A DNA stretch of 25,329 nt from Candidatus Thorarchaeota archaeon (GCA_029858305.1 JAOUFI010000028.1:1-25329), one strand, 5' to 3'. Positions 9,178-17,935 are shown, numbered from the stretch's first letter. Numbers and translations: made by a program. Notes: generated by a model from the sequence alone, not told the origin.

Positions 9178-10419
9178 TTGGCAGAAGATGACAATCGGGC
9201 AAAAATTCTGAAAGCTGTCAAGGACCATGTAAGGCAGTCAGAAGAACAACAACGTGTGCAAATGATTGCTGATGCAATCGGCGAACGAAGAGATCGTGAC
9301 CTGCTCGATATAATATCTTCAATCGAGCAAGATAGAGGATGGCCAGAAACATTACAGCATTTGCAGAAAGCTCAGAACTTCAGTTATTCTCTTCCTGTTG
9401 GCACTGGACCGCTTAAAATTAAAGTTGAAGACTTAAAATTTCGAGAGATGCTCTTCTCTGTTTTAGGGTGTCGCGGGTTAGAACCTATTCCAGTAAATAC
9501 TGAAGAAATCTTGACCCAGATGAAGGACGAGCGTTCGATAGTAGATGCCTCTGATTCAATACGTAAGTATATCGAATCAATTGCACGCAGTCAGATTGAA
9601 ACTGGTGATTCTTTGTTTTTTGATTCAAATGACTTTGACATCCAAGTTTCAGAAGATATAACTCAAATAATCGAACAGCTGAAGCATAAAGAGGTTCAAG
9701 GAATAACTCTGGAACAGAAAGATGATAATATCAATATCGCTCCGCTCTGGTACTGTGAAACCGGACGACAGATATTATCGAGTTATGGAATCAAGGGATT
9801 CATCATTGGCGCAAAACAGTTAGAAGAAGTATTATCTGTAATACAATTTCCTGTAGTCGTCAATAATGTCAATCAATATACAGTACAGCAAAAACAATCA
9901 GACTATCCCTCAAATAAATCGTACCGTGATCTGCATAACTCCATCATTAATCATGATGATGAGAGATTATCTTTACTTTCAAGCAGACATTCATTTTCTA
10001 CACTGAAATCGATGTTGGAGGAAACACTTGATGTATATAACAAAGATTCTTCAAGTGAGAATTACAGGCAGTTTCTTCATCTCATTCACCTTCATGTCAA
10101 AGTTCGAACGCTGGATTCAATACAATTGTTTGAAAGATTGGCATATCTTAAAGATAGAAGAATAGCGACAGTAGCAATTACTGCACTTGGTAATTATTAC
10201 CATGAATCAGCGGCTATTGCTCTGGTAGAGATACTTTGTAAAAGTAAGAATCGCGAGATTGTTAAGACAGCAACAAATGCTATTCTGAATGTAGGAAAAA
10301 GAAGTCCTGAAACTGTTTCAGTGATTGCAACAGCTCTTGAATCATCGACCTGTACATACAAAGGACGATTGAACCGACTTTGGAGAGAATTCGGGAAGAA
10401 AAATCAATTGTATTACTAG
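9178..10419 (+). CDS. Hypothetical protein with C-terminal HEAT-like repeats
   Basis: 413-aa ORF, GAGGT upstream of TTG; IATVAITALGN and IVKTATNAILN resemble HEAT repeats. Confidence 0.75.
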   Translation: MAEDDNRAKILKAVKDHVRQSEEQQRVQMIADAIGERRDRDLLDIISSIEQDRGWPETLQHLQKAQNFSYSLPVGTGPLKIKVEDLKFREMLFSVLGCRGLEPIPVNTEEILTQMKDERSIVDASDSIRKYIESIARSQIETGDSLFFDSNDFDIQVSEDITQIIEQLKHKEVQGITLEQKDDNINIAPLWYCETGRQILSSYGIKGFIIGAKQLEEVLSVIQFPVVVNNVNQYTVQQKQSDYPSNKSYRDLHNSIINHDDERLSLLSSRHSFSTLKSMLEETLDVYNKDSSSENYRQFLHLIHLHVKVRTLDSIQLFERLAYLKDRRIATVAITALGNYYHESAAIALVEILCKSKNREIVKTATNAILNVGKRSPETVSVIATALESSTCTYKGRLNRLWREFGKKNQLYY

Positions 10420-10435
10420 TACTACATGTATTCAG
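10409..10435. repeat. 9-bp tandem triplet
   Basis: TGTATTACT AGTACTACA TGTATTCAG, spanning the stop codon. Confidence 0.8.
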
Positions 10436-10480
10436 ACTAACACGACAGACATAAAACGAATTCTTCTCTCGCGTCAGACT

Positions 10481-11872
10481 ATGCCAAAGTCACAGGTCGA
10501 ATTATATCAGAGCATTGATTCCTTCTTCAATCCAACGAAAGTCGCTTTGGTAGGTGCATCTGCAGATTATAGAAAATTAGGTAATTCAATACTAATGAAT
10601 CTCCTGAGCTCCGAGGTTGAGGTTTTTCCCGTAACTCATAGTAAAGAAAAAGTCCTAGGTGTGAGAGCATATCCAAGTCTTGCAGATTTACCAGAACCTG
10701 TTGATTTAGTTATTGTTGCAGTAGCCGCTAAATATTGTCCAGCCTTGATGTCAGAAATTCATAATGCCGGTGCTAGAAATGCAGTAATCATCTCTGGAGG
10801 CTTTAGTGAAATTGGACCTGAAGGCGCTGAGATAGAAAACACTCTAATCAGAGCTGCTAAAGATGCAGAGGTACGATTTATCGGACCCAATTGCGTTGGT
10901 ATATCTAATAGTCGTCTTTTCAATGGTACTTTCACCATGATGCCTGAACGGGGTAACATTGCTTTCATTTCTCAAAGCGGTGCACTTGGTGGTATGAGTA
11001 TCTATACAACTAGAGCTAAAAGAATTGGAATGAGCAAATTCGCTAGTATCGGTAATTCAGCTGATGTGGGATTCGTTGAAATCTTAGACTATTTCAGACA
11101 GGATCCAAAATCAACTGTGATTGCTGCATACATTGAAGGAATCAGTAATGGAATAGAGTTATTCGAATCACTACGGAGAACAGCACACGAAAAACCAGTT
11201 GTAATACTAAAAGGAGGAAAAAGTGAGGCTGGAAGTCGTGCCACACAGTCACATACTGGATCACTTGCCGGATCAGCTCAGATATTTAACGGTATGATTA
11301 AACAAGCTGGATGTGTAACAGCTCCTACACTTGACACATTATTCGAAATCTGCAAGTTATTTGACTATCAACCACTTCCAGGAGGTTGTAATATTGGTAT
11401 TATTAGTAATACAGGAGGAGCTGGAGTCTTAGCAACTGATGCCGCGTCAGAGCTTGGTTTGAAAATTGCTATCCTCGAAGAAGAAACGCGACACGAACTT
11501 CGACAAATACTCCCACCTATGGCTTCAGTAAATAATCCCGTAGATGTTGTTGCAAGTGGAGGGAGAAGGGAGTACCGTATCGCAACAGAACTTCTTCTCA
11601 AGGATTCAAACGTAGACATGCTACTTGTTATCTGCGGAGTACCAACATTCGCTGGCATGACACAGACAGAACACGCAGCTGGAACTCTCGAAGCTGTTCG
11701 AATGACTGTTACAAGTAAACCTGTTGTCGGGGTTTGGTTGGCTGGAGACGTTGGTAGACCTGGAAAGGATTTGCTGGAAATGAATAGAATCCCATGTTTT
11801 GATGATCCTTTCATTGCAGCACTTTGTATGGCACGAGTGGCTGAGTATACTAGGCTTCATCAACAATTGTGA
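10481..11872 (+). CDS. acdA: ADP-forming acetate/acyl-CoA ligase alpha subunit
   Basis: CoA-binding domain (VGAS, GPNCVG), SQSGA, phospho-His motif SHTGSLAG, NPVD. Confidence 0.92.
   Translation: MPKSQVELYQSIDSFFNPTKVALVGASADYRKLGNSILMNLLSSEVEVFPVTHSKEKVLGVRAYPSLADLPEPVDLVIVAVAAKYCPALMSEIHNAGARNAVIISGGFSEIGPEGAEIENTLIRAAKDAEVRFIGPNCVGISNSRLFNGTFTMMPERGNIAFISQSGALGGMSIYTTRAKRIGMSKFASIGNSADVGFVEILDYFRQDPKSTVIAAYIEGISNGIELFESLRRTAHEKPVVILKGGKSEAGSRATQSHTGSLAGSAQIFNGMIKQAGCVTAPTLDTLFEICKLFDYQPLPGGCNIGIISNTGGAGVLATDAASELGLKIAILEEETRHELRQILPPMASVNNPVDVVASGGRREYRIATELLLKDSNVDMLLVICGVPTFAGMTQTEHAAGTLEAVRMTVTSKPVVGVWLAGDVGRPGKDLLEMNRIPCFDDPFIAALCMARVAEYTRLHQQL
11387..11413. repeat. 9-bp tandem triplet inside acdA
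   Basis: TGTAATATT GGTATTATT AGTAATACA. Confidence 0.7.
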
Positions 11873-11882
11873 TAACTCAGTC

Positions 11883-11907
11883 GGAATACTGTAATACTAA
11901 TATTACA
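11883..11907. repeat. Repeat cluster immediately downstream of the RHH gene
   Basis: GGAATAC TGTAATACT AATATTACA in the convergent gap. Confidence 0.8.
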
Positions 11908-11918
11908 ATCATTTCATT

Positions 11919-12227
11919 TTAAGATTGTTCGAGATACTCTTCTGCTATCTGAGGAAACTGTTGTGCAATGGCCTCACGAAGTTGCTGCTCTACCCACATG
12001 CTCAGATTGATTGCTTTTGTTTTCCGGATAGCCTTAAGACAAGCTCGAAGATCGGTGGGGATGGAGAATGATACAATCGGGCTCTTTCGATCTCTGTTCG
12101 GTACTGCAGAGATAAGCTCAACAGTTTTCATAGGACTACTCGATGATTCCTTTGGAACTGATCGCGTAGTTTGACTTTCATCGTCCTTTTCTGCTTCTTC
12201 ACGTCTATATTTTCCAAGTAGACTCAT
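11919..12227 (-). CDS. Ribbon-helix-helix DNA-binding protein with a charged, probably disordered N-terminal arm (ParG/SegB-like architecture), 102 aa
   Basis: ATG 12227 with GGAGG upstream, 1 bp after the ATPase stop. PIVSFSIPTDLRACLKAIRKTKAINLSMWVEQQLREAI fits the RHH strand-helix-helix pattern. Confidence 0.82.
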   Translation of the reverse strand: MSLLGKYRREEAEKDDESQTTRSVPKESSSSPMKTVELISAVPNRDRKSPIVSFSIPTDLRACLKAIRKTKAINLSMWVEQQLREAIAQQFPQIAEEYLEQS

Positions 12228-12228
12228 A

Positions 12229-13209
12229 TCATTGAACCTCCTTGAGTATAGTTGCATAAGCTTCAGAAACAAGCTCTGCAATTTCTCTATTCACTGTCGG
12301 ATCATTATTCTTGCGAAGAATCTCAGCAGCAACCTGCTGACATCCTCGTGCTAGCATCCTGATGTCGCGTGGATTTCCATTGGCTGCGGTATTAATTACA
12401 GTAATTGCGTCATCAGTGAACGGATAGATATCAAAATTCTCTGGATCAAAACTGTCGATGCGTCCTTGGGCATAAGAAATTCTACGTCCTATGAACTCTC
12501 TTGCTTTTGCATTATTTAACGCAGGCACATCGAGAGGTTCTGTTCTATCTGCAATTTGTGGCAAAAATGATAGCATTGCATTCCAGTAAATCATTGTTCC
12601 AGACATCACTAAGGTGACAATAGGTTCATCAAGAGCCCTCGTTTTTCCATAGGCATCAATCATCTCTTCAGTGGGTAAATCTGCGAGAAAGCGAAGTTTA
12701 TGAAATGCAGCTTCCTGGTTGTCTGCAACATCTTCTATGAAAAGAGCTGTGCGGCTCTGCTCCTCGACATACCTTCTGAGACTTTCTTTTGCAACAGCAT
12801 CAATAATTTGGCTGGACTCCCATGATCGCTTATACTTGACCCTAAGAGAATCGGCAATGGCTGCTGCCATTTGCTTCTCATAGAGTCCAGTCATACCTAC
12901 ATAACCTGTAACAAATTTGTTTCCTCTTCGATCCGCCAGTGTAGGCAGGTCTCTCAATGCTAGAAGCATCAATGTACTCTTACCTGATCCCACAGGCCCT
13001 CGAATGAAAACATGTCGTTCATTGGTTATAATTAGATCAACGATAGAATCCAAGAAGTTACTATCTTCTATGTATAAACGACTGTCAGGCATCTTGAAGC
13101 CGCGAAACGGTGAGAATCTAGCTCCAATTCTTTCCTCCCATGCTCGTAAGACCTCTTTTCGAGTATTGAAGTGCCGAATCAGTGCGCTCTCATGAATAGC
13201 AATCGTCAT
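12229..13209 (-). CDS. AAA+ ATPase, ExeA/TniB/TnsC-like, 326 aa
   Basis: Start at ATG 13209 (GAGGT upstream). Walker A GPVGSGKST, Walker B variant LFIED, sensor-1 region LVMSGT, Arg finger QIADR, lid PFTDDAI...GNPRDI. Confidence 0.85.
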   Translation of the reverse strand: MTIAIHESALIRHFNTRKEVLRAWEERIGARFSPFRGFKMPDSRLYIEDSNFLDSIVDLIITNERHVFIRGPVGSGKSTLMLLALRDLPTLADRRGNKFVTGYVGMTGLYEKQMAAAIADSLRVKYKRSWESSQIIDAVAKESLRRYVEEQSRTALFIEDVADNQEAAFHKLRFLADLPTEEMIDAYGKTRALDEPIVTLVMSGTMIYWNAMLSFLPQIADRTEPLDVPALNNAKAREFIGRRISYAQGRIDSFDPENFDIYPFTDDAITVINTAANGNPRDIRMLARGCQQVAAEILRKNNDPTVNREIAELVSEAYATILKEVQ

Positions 13210-13237
13210 CGTTTGGACCTCTAGTATCTGGAACTTT

Positions 13238-13293
13238 CGTATCACATGTAGTTCATGTAATACAATTTTCAAGAGATGGTTACAGATATAAAA
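13238..13293 (-). promoter_or_regulatory. Predicted promoter of the ATPase-RHH operon with a 9-bp triplet operator
   Basis: Minus-strand TTTTATAT at 13286-13293; CGTATCACA TGTAGTTCA TGTAATACA at 13238-13264 covers the expected transcription start. Confidence 0.7.
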
Positions 13294-13425
13294 TGTGTGG
13301 TAAAAGCTCCAGAATTCCATGTGTCTAGTGTGAGTGATGCGCAACCTTTTTGAACAGAACGAAAGGGTTTGTAGGCTGACCAGCATGTTGGTCATAAGTC
13401 CTTGTTAGGAGATATCTGATCTGAG

Positions 13426-13704
13426 ATGGACGTTGAACGGATTAAGCACATCATGAATTCCCTAATGATATTATCATTCCTCATTTTCGGAGGTCTAATT
13501 GCAATCATGATCATCGGTGATGTTAGTTTGAATAATGCAACGGTATCCCTTCCATTTGCATTCATGTTCATCTCTATTATAACGCTCATAACTACAGGTC
13601 AAATAAACGAAAGACCGAAATTAGCCCAGAAATATCTAAGAGATTGGCTAATTATCTGTACAATCGGAATCGTCATTAGTGCCCTAGTGTTTACATTTTA
13701 TTGA
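13426..13704 (+). CDS. Small membrane protein (about 3 TM helices)
   Basis: Three hydrophobic segments in 92 aa; AGGAG upstream. Confidence 0.8.
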   Translation: MDVERIKHIMNSLMILSFLIFGGLIAIMIIGDVSLNNATVSLPFAFMFISIITLITTGQINERPKLAQKYLRDWLIICTIGIVISALVFTFY

Positions 13705-13738
13705 AAGAACTGAATCATTGGACTTTGGAGTGAAATAA

Positions 13739-14374
13739 ATGAGTGCGATTCTCCCAGGCACAAAGACTACACGTATGGAACTACTAGCGCTAAAGAATCG
13801 AATGAAGCTTGCTGAACGAGGCCATGATCTTCTTCGTGAAAAACGTGACTCATTAATTATGGAGTTCTTTAATGCGATAGCCGAAATCAAAGAAGCAAGA
13901 GAGAAGGTGGATTCAACACTGGCTGAAGCTTTCTCAGCTCTTACACAAGCAAAAATGATTATGGGTCCTTCTCGAGTGATAGAGTTTGCATATGCAAGTA
14001 AGTTTGAGGCTGAATTAAATATATCCACAAGATCGATGATGGGTGTTAGGGTTCCAATTCTCTCTGTTGAACAACGTAGTCCCGAGCTTCCTTATTCACT
14101 ATCGGATTCAAGCACAAAATTTGATGTAATGGGCGAGAAGTTTAAAGATGCACTCAAAGCGATTGTCCGACTTGCGGAGATTGAGTCGACGGTAAAACGT
14201 CTAGCATTAGAAATCGAAAGGACAAAGAGACGTGTTTCAGCACTTGAAACCGTTGTTATTCCAAGATTGGATGCAACTGTTCGTTTTGTAAAACTTGCAC
14301 TAGAAGAACGTGAACGAGAAGATTTTGTCCGTCTTAAGATGGTTCGAGATTGGATTACAGCTGAAACAGAATAA
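13739..14374 (+). CDS. atpD: A/V-type ATP synthase subunit D
   Basis: TRMELLALK...GHDLLREKRDSL and EIERTKRRVSALE..VIPRL motifs. Confidence 0.96.
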   Translation: MSAILPGTKTTRMELLALKNRMKLAERGHDLLREKRDSLIMEFFNAIAEIKEAREKVDSTLAEAFSALTQAKMIMGPSRVIEFAYASKFEAELNISTRSMMGVRVPILSVEQRSPELPYSLSDSSTKFDVMGEKFKDALKAIVRLAEIESTVKRLALEIERTKRRVSALETVVIPRLDATVRFVKLALEEREREDFVRLKMVRDWITAETE

Positions 14375-14385
14375 AACACAACTAT

Positions 14386-14411
14386 TGTATTATTGTATTA
14401 CTGTTATTACA
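14386..14411. repeat. Repeat cluster after atpD
   Basis: TGTATTAT TGTATTACT GTTATTACA; same layout as 11883-11907, and both end TATTACAATC. Confidence 0.85.
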
Positions 14412-14494
14412 ATCTCACTAGGTTGAGTTCCTAGACAATACCAGCGATAGGTAGAGAAGTTCTTACTCGGAAAAAGAAAGCTGTAAGATTGGAA

Positions 14495-15202
14495 TCAAAG
14501 GGTTCCAATATATGTTAAGGTCACATTCAGTAGTGCGCTGAACATGCAACTAGGATAGTTCACGTAGAATCTGGCTACAAGCGGAACTCCGGTATCAAAG
14601 GCTGTCCATCCCTCCCATATGTATGTGGCGACATTCGGAAATATTGAAAGCAACTTTCTAGACCCAAAATACATACTCTCATTCAGTCTGAAACTTGCAC
14701 AATGAGTTACTGACCCAGATCTATCAACATCGGGAGCAGCAATCACTGGAAACTCGTCAAGAAAGAACCTGTCAATCAAAGTCCAATCACCCAGTGGTAA
14801 GATTGATTGAGAAAGAGGTTTTCCAATGTTAGTAGCAAATTCGTTAGGAAATTCGTCAGGAAGCTCAGTTCCGTTTGAGAAACGACAAGATATCTTGTAC
14901 ATTTCTACTACCTGGGACTGAAATGTAGAGCTTGATACCAATCCTGCTACATTGGGTAATTCAACAATTTGGACAATCAGCTGTTCACCATCAAGACTGA
15001 GATAATTGGAGTAGGTGTATCCATAATTTGAATTAGATTCATCATGTGAAACGTTTACGGAGTAAAGAATTTCATCTCCCACTGAAACTCCCCAGTAGAA
15101 AGGAGATTCGAAAGTTCCAACTAGAGAGAAAGCTAGAATACTAACAGAACCAATCAGTATCACAACAAGGACTAATGCCATTAATCGGCGTTGTCTTTGC
15201 AT
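14495..15202 (-). CDS. Hypothetical secreted or membrane-anchored protein
   Basis: N-terminal RQRR plus hydrophobic signal/anchor, followed by a beta-rich domain (WGVSVGDEILYSV). Confidence 0.75.
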   Translation of the reverse strand: MQRQRRLMALVLVVILIGSVSILAFSLVGTFESPFYWGVSVGDEILYSVNVSHDESNSNYGYTYSNYLSLDGEQLIVQIVELPNVAGLVSSSTFQSQVVEMYKISCRFSNGTELPDEFPNEFATNIGKPLSQSILPLGDWTLIDRFFLDEFPVIAAPDVDRSGSVTHCASFRLNESMYFGSRKLLSIFPNVATYIWEGWTAFDTGVPLVARFYVNYPSCMFSALLNVTLTYIGTL

Positions 15203-15341
15203 AATTCACACGCCCTATACTATGTTGTAGATGAATCTAAGCAATTAGAGCTTCTTATTGAAGCTATTCTTAGAATATGAAAAGGATTGATCAATACTGC
15301 TTGTGAGTCTTCTGAGAATCATCAAACGATGAGAATCTGGC

Positions 15342-15366
15342 TGTATATTGTATTAATGTTATTGCA
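15342..15366. repeat. Degenerate repeat cluster downstream of nac
   Basis: TGTATAT TGTATTAAT GTTATTGCA, similar to 14394-14411. Confidence 0.6.
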
Positions 15367-15375
15367 TCATATAGC

Positions 15376-15771
15376 TCAATGCCGCAGCTTCAATATTGCA
15401 GCTGCCAAGTCACCTTCAGTTTCTATCAGCACCTTTTTCGCAGTTTCAATATCAACACCAGTTTGACCTGCAACAAGTGCAGCATCCTCAATTGGAATCT
15501 CAATCTTTTTCTCAGGAGCTGGTTTCTCAGCTGCTACAGATGTTTCCGTTGGCTGTTTTCCTGAACGTAAACGTTCTGTTTTCGAACCTGCGACTTGATA
15601 TGTTTCTGTATTTGCTTGTTTTACCATAGTGACTTGGGGATTTGAAATAACCCATTCTTTGTCCGCGAAACGGATTATTACTTCTTTAACGCCATCTAGA
15701 TCCTTCTGCTCGATTCCCATCTTTCTCATCATTCGTTCCATCTGTTTCGGAGACATTCCTCGAAATCCCAT
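15376..15771 (-). CDS. nac: Nascent polypeptide-associated complex protein
   Basis: PKQMERMMRKMGI...VKEVII NAC domain and C-terminal UBA-like domain (GDLAAAILKL). Confidence 0.95.
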   Translation of the reverse strand: MGFRGMSPKQMERMMRKMGIEQKDLDGVKEVIIRFADKEWVISNPQVTMVKQANTETYQVAGSKTERLRSGKQPTETSVAAEKPAPEKKIEIPIEDAALVAGQTGVDIETAKKVLIETEGDLAAAILKLRH

Positions 15772-15874
15772 AACATCACATCTGTTGTAAGACTAGAGCA
15801 GTAGAACAATAATCATTATCCTGCTACCTGTATGCTGCCTTTCTTCTATAGATAAAATGATTACGCTTGTGAAA

Positions 15875-16711
15875 TTAGACAGACTCAACAGAGATATCGA
15901 ATACCACATGACTAATCCCTGGTGAATAGTTCTTAATCTTTCGTACTTCTATTTCTGGCACAAACTCATGCTTTCTGCAGATATCTGTAATACATGTAAT
16001 ATTTTCCTCTATTGTTTTTTCTGAAACAGCCTTATGCATGTGAATTATACCTCCCTCTTTTATCAATGTTTCAAGAGCATACGGCAGAAATGTTTCAGTG
16101 TCGTGCAAGTATCCCATAATGACACGGCTGGCAACATGAGTTGGATGAACAATTCTACAGTTTCCTAGTACCGCAGTGACTTTGTCTTCTAATTCATTCA
16201 TCTCAATATTCTCTACAAGAAATTCATATGCTTCTGGATTGATTTCAATAGCGATGACATTAACATCATTCCTTTTTGCGATATGCAGTGCAAATTGACC
16301 TACGCATGCAAACATGTCTACAACGCACTCTCCTAGTTTAATGCGTCTAGACATACCAATTCTTTCTCCTTTGTTTCCTCCCGAAAAAGTCATTCGAACA
16401 GGGTCAAACTTGAAACGAACCTTGTTCTCAACATGCAAAGTTACAGTATCTTTACTTCCTGCTACTACTTCATAAAAGGGCCTACGCTCAATTCCCTTAG
16501 TTGGTCCGGTTTTGACTGCTACGGATTTTAATCTATGATCGTAGTCAAGCGTTGCTTTTCCTATAGTCGTAACATACTCCATAAGTTCAGGATTCAGATG
16601 TAGTAGGGCAACATGTCCTACGACGTGAAATCCTGAAGGTAAAGCCAAATTCTGTGGTATTGAGTCCTTCAAACGAGCTCGGAGGAATTCTCTGTATTTC
16701 ATATACCTCAC
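15875..16711 (-). CDS. Trm5/Taw2 (Met-10+ like) tRNA-modifying SAM-dependent transferase
   Basis: HVENKVRFKFD, FSGGNKGER, VDMFACVGQF, EINPEAY, KIKNYSPG. Start may be ATG 16702. Confidence 0.9.
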   Translation of the reverse strand: MRYMKYREFLRARLKDSIPQNLALPSGFHVVGHVALLHLNPELMEYVTTIGKATLDYDHRLKSVAVKTGPTKGIERRPFYEVVAGSKDTVTLHVENKVRFKFDPVRMTFSGGNKGERIGMSRRIKLGECVVDMFACVGQFALHIAKRNDVNVIAIEINPEAYEFLVENIEMNELEDKVTAVLGNCRIVHPTHVASRVIMGYLHDTETFLPYALETLIKEGGIIHMHKAVSEKTIEENITCITDICRKHEFVPEIEVRKIKNYSPGISHVVFDISVESV

Positions 16712-16732
16712 GATTTCATGTGGAATTAGTGA

Positions 16733-17935
16733 CTAAGCATACATACTACTAGGAGCATTATCACTGCCACCACGCTCTTGGACCTTTGAAATTGCCATTT
16801 GAAAGTCCTTCTGTGTGACACAGGTTCTCTTTTCTCGAATTGCAAACATACCTGCCTCTGTGCAGATACTCTTAATGTCTGCCCCAGTCCTGTCTTTTGT
16901 TGCTGCCAAAAGTCTATTGAAGTCTACATTACCCTCGATATTCATCCCACGAGTATGAATCTTGAATATCTCACTTCTACTAATTTCATCTGGCAGAGGA
17001 AACTCGATAATCCTATCGAACCGGCCTGGTCGTAAAAGGGCCGGGTCAAGTATATCCGGTCTGTTGGTCGCTCCCAAAACTGCCACTTGGCCCCTTGTTT
17101 CAAAACCATCAAGTTCACTTAGGAGCTGCATCAAAGTTCTCTGTACCTCTCTATCTCCGGATGTTGCAATATCAAGTCTATGGGATCCTACTGCGTCAAG
17201 TTCATCTACGAAAATGATTGCGGGTGCCTTTTCTTTTGCCATCATGAAGATTTCGCGAACGAGTCGTGCTCCTTCACCAATGAATTTCTGAACTAATTCA
17301 GACCCAATGACACGAATAAAAGTAGCTTTGGTTTCATGTGCAACAGCTCTAGCGCATAGGGTTTTGCCTGTACCAGGTAAACCTGTTAGCAATACTCCCT
17401 TTGGTGGTTCAATACCAACTTTCTCAAACAGCTCAGGCTCAAGCAGGGGTAGTTCAACAGTTTCTTTAATTTCTTGAAGTTGCTGTTTGAGACCGCCTAT
17501 ATCCGTATAGGAAACATCTGGAGCCTCTTCTATCTCCATAGCACGAATTATTGGGTCTCGTGATGGAGGAAGTTCTTGTGTGATTGCAAAGGATCTCTGA
17601 TTAAGTGCCACCATAGCACCTGGCTGTAACTTCTCCATGGGAATAGATGATGCAACATGCACTACAAAGTTAGGTCCAGTCGAGCTTTTCACAATGGCTC
17701 TTCCATCTTCAAGAAGTTCTATGATTGATGCTGTAATCAGCGGGGACTGTCTGAGTTTCTCAAGCTCGGTTCTCAGTGTTTGTGTTTCCTTCTCAAGTCG
17801 GCTGCGTTCCGCTTGCAAAATCTGTTTCTCGGTTTCTAAAGCGCGAAGGCGGCGTTCTAAATGCCTTGTGTAACTTTGTGAGTAAGCCGAATCATCGACA
17901 CTACCTTCATCCTTTGTATCAGTAGTCCCTGGCAA
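16733..17935 (-). CDS. pan: Proteasome-activating nucleotidase
   Basis: Coiled coil, OB domain, [28 protein letters not shown]-terminal HbYX motif MYA. TTG 17935 with GAGGT upstream preferred over GTG 17962. Confidence 0.97.
   Translation of the reverse strand: MPGTTDTKDEGSVDDSAYSQSYTRHLERRLRALETEKQILQAERSRLEKETQTLRTELEKLRQSPLITASIIELLEDGRAIVKSSTGPNFVVHVASSIPMEKLQPGAMVALNQRSFAITQELPPSRDPIIRAMEIEEAPDVSYTDIGGLKQQLQEIKETVELPLLEPELFEKVGIEPPKGVLLTGLPGTGKTLCARAVAHETKATFIRVIGSELVQKFIGEGARLVREIFMMAKEKAPAIIFVDELDAVGSHRLDIATSGDREVQRTLMQLLSELDGFETRGQVAVLGATNRPDILDPALLRPGRFDRIIEFPLPDEISRSEIFKIHTRGMNIEGNVDFNRLLAATKDRTGADIKSICTEAGMFAIREKRTCVTQKDFQMAISKVQERGGSDNAPSSMYA

Noticed and set aside
12229-13209. 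ATPase as Orc1/Cdc6 or ParA/MinD
   Set aside because: No room for a C-terminal winged-helix domain as in Orc1, and no KGGxGKT deviant Walker A as in ParA.
13210-13395. 62-aa N-terminal extension of the ATPase in the ORF track
   Set aside because: Not protein-like, covers the predicted TATA box and operator, and a good RBS precedes ATG 13209.
1610-16003. Repeats as a CRISPR array or transposon ends
   Set aside because: Units are 9 bp with no regular spacers, no cas1 or transposase, and no terminal inverted repeats or target duplications seen.
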